Of a stretch of 64,000 bases of DNA, positions 58,660-64,000 are shown in pieces. Within the stretch, counting starts at the first letter, position 1. Each line of letters begins with the position of its first letter. Source of the stretch: a virus (Duplodnaviria > Caudoviricetes); IMG/VR virus record IMGVR_UViG_3300037400_005963, positions 32,001 to 96,000 of that record; one strand, given 5' to 3'. Under the pieces are notes generated by a model. That model was not told the origin of the DNA and did not search any database. It was given only the letters and a program-made list of their open reading frames with translations. The translations under genes and the position numbers were made by a program.

Positions 58660-59043
58660 ATGAAAAGTTATACTAACATAGAAGAATCAAAGAAGTTGGC
58701 TGAGATACTGCCACCTGAGAGTGCAGATATGTGTTGGGGCATAAGTGATGAAACATTAAAATGGAAAACATTTCCATATTTATTGCCTTGGCGTGATTAT
58801 ACAGCAAAGGAACATTATCTTCCCTGTTGGTCACTTGCTGCACTGCTTGACCAATTAGATGATGTGATATGTGACAAAAATGGATATGAATATAAATTAG
58901 AGATCATTAAAGAAGGTGTGCAGTATTATTTAGTTTATGAGGGGATGCTTGATGCTGCATGTTATGAAACTTCTGTATTTGATGATCTCATTGATGCTTG
59001 CATTGAAATGATTTTTATACTTAAAGAAAAAGATTTAATATGA
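58660..59043 (+). CDS. Paralog family C protein
   Basis: YTNIEESKKL...SADMCW...PCWSLAALL...LKEKDLI. Confidence 0.7.
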   Translation: MKSYTNIEESKKLAEILPPESADMCWGISDETLKWKTFPYLLPWRDYTAKEHYLPCWSLAALLDQLDDVICDKNGYEYKLEIIKEGVQYYLVYEGMLDAACYETSVFDDLIDACIEMIFILKEKDLI

Positions 59044-59215
59044 AGATAAAATACATGAAAGGTAAAAGAAACAGATATAAATTTCCAATAGGTATTTATA
59101 TTTCTAAAATTCCTATTTATCCTTTAAATGATGGTAAGATTGAAAGTTATCATAAAAATATGAGAACAATAAACTTTAGAATTAAAAGAAATGTTTATAC
59201 TATTTTTATAAAAAT

Positions 59216-59566
59216 ATGAACAAGATTTGCACAGACATAGAACAATCTAAGAAACTTATTGAGTTAGGCATTGATGTCAATACTGCGGATATGATGTGGG
59301 ATGATTGGAGTCTTATTGATGAAGGATGGAAATCAATTGTTGGTTACTATCCTGAAATCGAAAAAGATTATGGAAGAAAATGCTATCCTGCTTGGTCGCT
59401 TGCGGCATTGCTTGAACAATTTGAAGATACAGTGGGATTAGCAAAAGATTATGGATTATGGTTTTGCTATGATAACAGAAAATCATATTGTTCAAAGCAT
59501 TATGATAACCCTGTTGATGCTGCTGTTGAAATGTTTAATAAACTCAAAGAAAAAGATTTGTTATGA
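59216..59566 (+). CDS. Paralog family C protein
   Basis: CTDIEQSKKL...TADMMW...PAWSLAALL...LKEKDLL. Confidence 0.7.
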   Translation: MNKICTDIEQSKKLIELGIDVNTADMMWDDWSLIDEGWKSIVGYYPEIEKDYGRKCYPAWSLAALLEQFEDTVGLAKDYGLWFCYDNRKSYCSKHYDNPVDAAVEMFNKLKEKDLL

Positions 59567-59735
59567 AACCAGAAGAAGAAATCAAACAAGAACAGGATAA
59601 TATTGCCCGTGCTAGAATTATGGCATGTAAACAGTGCAGATATTATTATACTGGATGCATGTTTTTTGGCTGTTGTGCAATTTATAATTATCATATGCAA
59701 CAGATTCATGAACTTGAAAAAGAAAGAAAATCAAA

Positions 59736-60137
59736 ATGACAAGAGAAGAAAAAGACTTGGTACTCCATGACCTCTGTGCGAGGTTGCCTTATAGGGTAAT
59801 TGGAGAATATTCTTGGAAAGGAAATGAACCTTATAATAGAGAATTAACAGGTTCTCTATTTGACGAATTAAAATCTTCATGGGATTCGACGGAAGACAGT
59901 GAATTTTTGCCTTACCTCCGTCCAATGTCAAGTATGACCGAGGAAGAGAAGAAAGAATATCAATCTCTATGTGTAATACATTCTGACCATGATGCTGATG
60001 ATAATGTCACTTATTATTATTTTGATACCGTTGAGTCGTTTGACTATCTTAATAAGAATATGTTTGACTACCGAGGTCTCATTGATAAAGACCTTGCATT
60101 AAGTACTGAGATATATAACCCTTATTATAAAGATTGA
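59736..60137 (+). CDS. Paralog family A protein
   Basis: HDLCARLPY...PYLRPMSSM...NKNMFDYRGLIDKDLALSTEIYNPY. Confidence 0.75.
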   Translation: MTREEKDLVLHDLCARLPYRVIGEYSWKGNEPYNRELTGSLFDELKSSWDSTEDSEFLPYLRPMSSMTEEEKKEYQSLCVIHSDHDADDNVTYYYFDTVESFDYLNKNMFDYRGLIDKDLALSTEIYNPYYKD

Positions 60138-60140
60138 ATT

Positions 60141-60344
60141 ATGGATGATGATTGGAACGTTAAACAAATTGTAGGTTTTGTGCTTATGATTTTCAGTGGG
60201 TTGGTAGGACTTGTAGCACTTATAGTTCTCTTATGCAAATTTTTAAGAGGAGAAATTGTTGGAGGTATATTGCTTGTGTTGATGATGATAACAGGAATCT
60301 ATCTCTGGAAGAAAGGTTCAAAAGAAAATAATAAAAAAGATTGA
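60141..60344 (+). CDS. Small 2-TM membrane protein
   Basis: Two hydrophobic helices, basic tail. Confidence 0.6.
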   Translation: MDDDWNVKQIVGFVLMIFSGLVGLVALIVLLCKFLRGEIVGGILLVLMMITGIYLWKKGSKENNKKD

Positions 60345-60347
60345 GAA

Positions 60348-60557
60348 ATGGTAAGCAAAGAAAAACGAGATGAGGTTTTTGAACATAACAAACCTTATCT
60401 GAAGGACAAGGATACAATGGAAGACTTGCTTCCAATCTGTGAGAGGTGTGAACAATGGTGTGGCAAGGAGCACGACTTTGAGGATTGCCGAAATCAACCA
60501 TGTTTTGAACTGTGGTTGAGTAACGAATACTTGGAGTGGTGTGAATCATTTAAATAA
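60348..60557 (+). CDS. Small Cys-rich protein
   Basis: CERCEQWC...DCRNQPC. Confidence 0.6.
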   Translation: MVSKEKRDEVFEHNKPYLKDKDTMEDLLPICERCEQWCGKEHDFEDCRNQPCFELWLSNEYLEWCESFK

Positions 60558-60577
60558 TCCCAATTAAAATTGATATT

Positions 60578-61636
60578 ATGGACTACGAAAGAAAATACAA
60601 AGAGGCTCTTGAGAGAGCATCAAAGATTTGTAATAGTGATTTTGAACCAAATGATAAATCAATATTATGTTCTATTATCTTCCCCGAACTCAAAGAGAGC
60701 GAGGACGAGAAGACAAGGAAAGACCTTACTGAATTTATTAAGAGTGCTTCAGGTGGATTCTTAAACTCTACAATACCGTGCAAAACATTCGGAGAATGGC
60801 TCGAATGGCTTGAAAAGCAAGGTAAAAAGTCTGTAAATATAGATGTTGAATCTATGGTAAGTTCATATGAACAAAGACTTGAAAGTCAAGGTGGTACAAA
60901 GTATACTCCTCTTGTTAATATGCGCTTAACTGCTTTTAGACATGGTGTTGAAAATGTATTAGATGAACTAAATTTAAAGAAACTTGAAAAGCAAGCTGAA
61001 AAAAAGCCTGCTGATAAGGTTGAACCAAAGTTTAAGGTTGGTGATTGGATTATTGCCACCGGTGAAGTGGTTTATCAAATAAAAGATATTCAAGGTCCAA
61101 ATGTTACTCTTATAGAGCCAAACGGAGATGAAAGTATTTTTGACATAAGTGTTTTAGATGACGCAAAGTTATGGACAATCGCTGACGTAAAAGATGGCGA
61201 TGTGCTTGTTGATGAGGACAATAACATAGGTCTTTATTTAGAAGAAAAGGATGATGTATATTGGCATTCTTGCATTTATCTTGGTTGCGATAATTGTCTT
61301 CGTGGCTTTAGTATAGGCGGTTATCATAAGCATAAAAATACTAAACCAGCAACTAAAGAGCAACGTGACCTGTTATTTCAGAAAATGAAAGAAGCGGGTT
61401 ACGAATGGGACAGTGAGAAGAAAGAATTGAAGAAAATTGAGCCAAAGAAAGTTAATGCCAATAAGGTAATTAATTGGGTTAATCCCGATAAGGTAATTGA
61501 ATGGCTGAAAGGTAGGATAAGAGAGACGAAAGAATATTTTGGTGAACATGGTGTATATTACGATACCCATTTGACATTACCTTATAGTTCTATTGAAGAC
61601 CTTATTAATGATTTTAAGGAAGATTTCGGACTATGA
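60578..61636 (+). CDS. Modular hypothetical phage protein
   Basis: IFPELKESEDE and EPKFKVGDWI modules. Confidence 0.7.
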   Translation: MDYERKYKEALERASKICNSDFEPNDKSILCSIIFPELKESEDEKTRKDLTEFIKSASGGFLNSTIPCKTFGEWLEWLEKQGKKSVNIDVESMVSSYEQRLESQGGTKYTPLVNMRLTAFRHGVENVLDELNLKKLEKQAEKKPADKVEPKFKVGDWIIATGEVVYQIKDIQGPNVTLIEPNGDESIFDISVLDDAKLWTIADVKDGDVLVDEDNNIGLYLEEKDDVYWHSCIYLGCDNCLRGFSIGGYHKHKNTKPATKEQRDLLFQKMKEAGYEWDSEKKELKKIEPKKVNANKVINWVNPDKVIEWLKGRIRETKEYFGEHGVYYDTHLTLPYSSIEDLINDFKEDFGL

Positions 61637-62040
61637 CAGAAGAAGAATTAATGATTGGTGACCTTGTACAAGTAAATGACGAAGTATGTAAGGTTATATC
61701 AATATCGTATTTTGACATTGGGATATCTGACAGTAAAGAAGATTTCTACAATGAGCATATTGATAACATTAAGCCCATTCCTCTTACCACAGAAATCTTG
61801 GAGAAAAACTTCGACTCCGAGAAAGTTGACTTCGAGGGACGTCATATCAGCACACGATACACTGACCGCAATGAGTTCCGTGACATCGTGATTGCTGAAT
61901 ATACTGACGGGATGTGGGAAGTTAAGATTGACGATGTAGATTTCAGTGACCCTCCGACCTGGAAGGTATATGTCTGTGACGTCCACGAATTGCAACACGC
62001 ATTGAGACTATGTAGTATTAATAAAGAAATTAAATTATGA
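61633..62040 (+). CDS. Paralog family B protein (YopX-like)
   Basis: ELMIGDLV...IKPIPLTTEILEKN...VHELQHALRLCSINKEI. Confidence 0.65.
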   Translation: MTEEELMIGDLVQVNDEVCKVISISYFDIGISDSKEDFYNEHIDNIKPIPLTTEILEKNFDSEKVDFEGRHISTRYTDRNEFRDIVIAEYTDGMWEVKIDDVDFSDPPTWKVYVCDVHELQHALRLCSINKEIKL

Positions 62041-62309
62041 AAAAGAAAAAAGACGACAAAACACTTGGATTGCTGGTATGGGCAATTGTTAGTGCCATCA
62101 TAATCGGCTTTTGCTGGTCGTGTGTAGAGAAGAACGCTGACGGCTCCATCCCCCTTAATAAGAACACAGAGGGCAGTTATTCATTGTCCGAATACCGTCA
62201 AATCGTTATTGACTCTTGTGAATATATCGAGGCGAACTATGCTCTATCTCATAAGGGAAATTGCAAGTTCTGTGCTGAGAGAAGAAAGAAAGAGCTTAAA
62301 GAAGAATGA
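62037..62309 (+). CDS. Membrane-anchored or lipoprotein-like small protein
   Basis: Basic N-terminus, hydrophobic helix ending CWSC; IDSCEYI...HKGNCKFC. Confidence 0.6.
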   Translation: MKKKKDDKTLGLLVWAIVSAIIIGFCWSCVEKNADGSIPLNKNTEGSYSLSEYRQIVIDSCEYIEANYALSHKGNCKFCAERRKKELKEE

Positions 62310-62402
62310 TATGACACCAGAAGATGAAGACAAATATTATGATTATTTTAGATATTGGTCAAAGGAACTTAGAAAAGATATTTTAAAAGAGTTATTAAAA
62401 AT

Positions 62403-62879
62403 ATGAATCAAGAAGTTAGACAAAAGTTAGTAGAGAGATGGGTAAATCCCGAGGATGTACAGTATCTAGATGAGGCTATTGAGAGCATCAATAAGCGTCG
62501 TAGTAAACAATATCAACATAAGTATGATATTACCAAGCCTCAGAAAACAAAGAGGTGGGAATACGTCTTCACCGAGAATGATGACCCCTATGATGCAGAT
62601 ATTGATGTTACCGTTGATCACGCCATCACAATGCTAAATCAGTTTAAGACAAAAGGTTATCCATATGTTGGATATGAGGACGAAGAACTAATTGTATATC
62701 GATATGAACTTGAAGCTGCAAGTGAATGGGCAAAGAAGATTAAAGGTGACATCTTACGAGAAATCAGTTCTGTTAAGAAGAGCCACAACACTCGTGAACA
62801 GAAGGTTGCTAAGATTGAAAAATTAGAGAAACAAATAGAAGAACTTAAAAAAGAATTAGAACAAGATAAAGATTCTTAA
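62403..62879 (+). CDS. Hypothetical protein with C-terminal coiled coil
   Basis: ORF track. Confidence 0.65.
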   Translation: MNQEVRQKLVERWVNPEDVQYLDEAIESINKRRSKQYQHKYDITKPQKTKRWEYVFTENDDPYDADIDVTVDHAITMLNQFKTKGYPYVGYEDEELIVYRYELEAASEWAKKIKGDILREISSVKKSHNTREQKVAKIEKLEKQIEELKKELEQDKDS

Positions 62880-62881
62880 TT

Positions 62882-63052
62882 ATGAGTGAGCAGCAGAAAG
62901 ATATGTTAATTGCTTGGTTTGATAATATAAAGCAGATGGCAGATAAGAGACCAAGTAATGACCTGAAAGAAGTATTAGAAGCAATTAGTACCTATGCAGA
63001 GATGTGTAAGGGAGATGTTAAGAATATGTTTTACTCTGACAATTTATCGTAG
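62882..63052 (+). CDS. 56-aa hypothetical protein (below track cutoff)
   Basis: Hand translation MSEQQKDMLIAWFDNIK...SDNLS*. Confidence 0.55.
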   Translation: MSEQQKDMLIAWFDNIKQMADKRPSNDLKEVLEAISTYAEMCKGDVKNMFYSDNLS

Positions 63053-63057
63053 AAATT

Positions 63058-63303
63058 ATGACAGAAAAACAATTTGAAAAGGCACTTAAATTAAGTAATG
63101 CGCTTAATTTAATCAATAAGACTTTAGAAGTTGTACCAGTTCTTAATCCCTCGGGTACTACAAATCACGTTGATCTGCGTTTTACTGATACTTGCGAGAA
63201 TAAAATTATTGCAAAATTAGCATACGACTTATTTCCAGAAGAATTCAAGGAATTACTATATAGGAAGAAAAAAGAACTAGAAGAAGAATTCAAAAAATTA
63301 TGA
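63058..63303 (+). CDS. Hypothetical protein
   Basis: Ends KKELEEEFKKL, similar to the last module of 54658..55464. Confidence 0.6.
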   Translation: MTEKQFEKALKLSNALNLINKTLEVVPVLNPSGTTNHVDLRFTDTCENKIIAKLAYDLFPEEFKELLYRKKKELEEEFKKL

Positions 63304-63482
63304 CAGAAGAACAAAAGAACTTAATAGTAATTAGGTATGAGATCGAGAAAAGAATCGAGCTCTATGAGACAGAAAGAAGAGAAGAAGGTTTGTCTCAAAT
63401 AGATAAAATAAGTCTTGGTGCTAGAATTGCTGCACTTCAAGAATTACTAGTTTTCATAAAAGGATTAGATAAGACTAATTAA
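63300..63482 (+). CDS. Hypothetical protein, last in operon
   Basis: Followed by a GGAGGGCC...GGCTCTCC hairpin and T-tract. Confidence 0.6.
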   Translation: MTEEQKNLIVIRYEIEKRIELYETERREEGLSQIDKISLGARIAALQELLVFIKGLDKTN

Positions 63483-63520
63483 GGGAGGGCCAAAATAAGG
63501 CTCTCCATTTCTTTTTAAAT

Positions 63521-63603
63521 TCTTATATGTGATAAAAAAATTTTTTTCATTTCATTCTTATTTATCTAGTTCATGTTCGGGAGGAATGTGAACTAGATTT
63601 TTT
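63521..63603 (+). ncRNA. Candidate small RNA unit 5
   Basis: TCTTATATGTG, TTTTCATTTCATT segment, ATCTAGTTCATGTTC-GGGAG-GAATGTGAACTAGAT hairpin, T-tract. Confidence 0.5.
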
Positions 63604-63612
63604 CTTTCAAAC

Positions 63613-63624
63613 CCTTATATATAG
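63613..63624 (+). promoter_or_regulatory. CCTTATATATAG promoter-like motif
   Basis: Upstream of the final ORF. Confidence 0.6.
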
Positions 63625-63661
63625 AGAGAAATAACATTTATTTTAATAAAAAAACAAAATT

Positions 63662-64000
63662 ATGATTACAAACAGAATGAGTTATGAGGAAATCTTAGAA
63701 GAAATAAAAAAAGATTTCCCTAATCAAAGAGAGTTTATTAAGAAACTCAGTTATCAATTTGATAAGACCTTTAATAGGAAGACTCAAATGCAGTCAAGAA
63801 TAAAAGGTCTTCGGAAAAGAGGAATCTACAACATCAATGTAGATCTTATTCCCCTAATGCACTATAAATTTAAAAGTGCTAGAGGAAATCAATATTACGC
63901 ACTGCACTTAGTAAGATTAGATGCAGAGTATGGCGAAACTAGAATTTTTGCGGTTCTTCCACCCAAAACATCAAGTGGAATCGGAGAATATGCAAAATTA
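63662..64000 (+). CDS. Partial hypothetical protein (runs off the right edge)
   Basis: MITNRMSYEEILEEIKKDFP..., open to window end. Confidence 0.65.
   Translation, partial: MITNRMSYEEILEEIKKDFPNQREFIKKLSYQFDKTFNRKTQMQSRIKGLRKRGIYNINVDLIPLMHYKFKSARGNQYYALHLVRLDAEYGETRIFAVLPPKTSSGIGEYAKL

Noticed and set aside
1-64000. Stop-codon reassignment as in some large gut phages
   Set aside because: Long genes are intact under the standard code, and TAG and TGA both end genes at tight junctions.

Overview
A 64-kb, AT-rich segment of a large, probably contractile-tailed dsDNA phage. The host is probably Bacteroidota, inferred from AT-rich leaders without obvious Shine-Dalgarno sites and from the small-gene families. 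Standard genetic code. Bases 1-46.6 kb (minus strand) form a T4-like virion module: terminase large subunit, portal, gp21-type prohead protease, acidic scaffold-like protein, major capsid protein, two sheath-like genes, a tube-like gene and a 3093-aa repeat protein. Bases 47-64 kb (plus strand) hold a T5orf172/ParB-like gene, an SF2 helicase-like gene and an array of small, partly paralogous genes behind a repeated CCTTATA promoter-like motif. Main finding: about 28 otherwise unrelated ORFs begin with the same ~10-aa leader, M-hydrophobic-[KR]-x-[KR]-x-[FY]-[STAG]. Its core [KR]-x-[FY]-S recurs ~17 times in the scaffold, at residues 58-61 of the capsid protein, behind the protease domain and between the modules of a polyprotein. 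I interpret this as a capsid-targeting and prohead-protease maturation code that loads a large cargo of proteins, many membrane-active-looking, into the head. Second finding: five ORF-free promoter/short-RNA/terminator units with a shared hairpin loop and segments antisense to start codons. Third: a recurring multi-stem intergenic element in the structural module. All functional calls are by motif recognition and gene context only; no searches were run.
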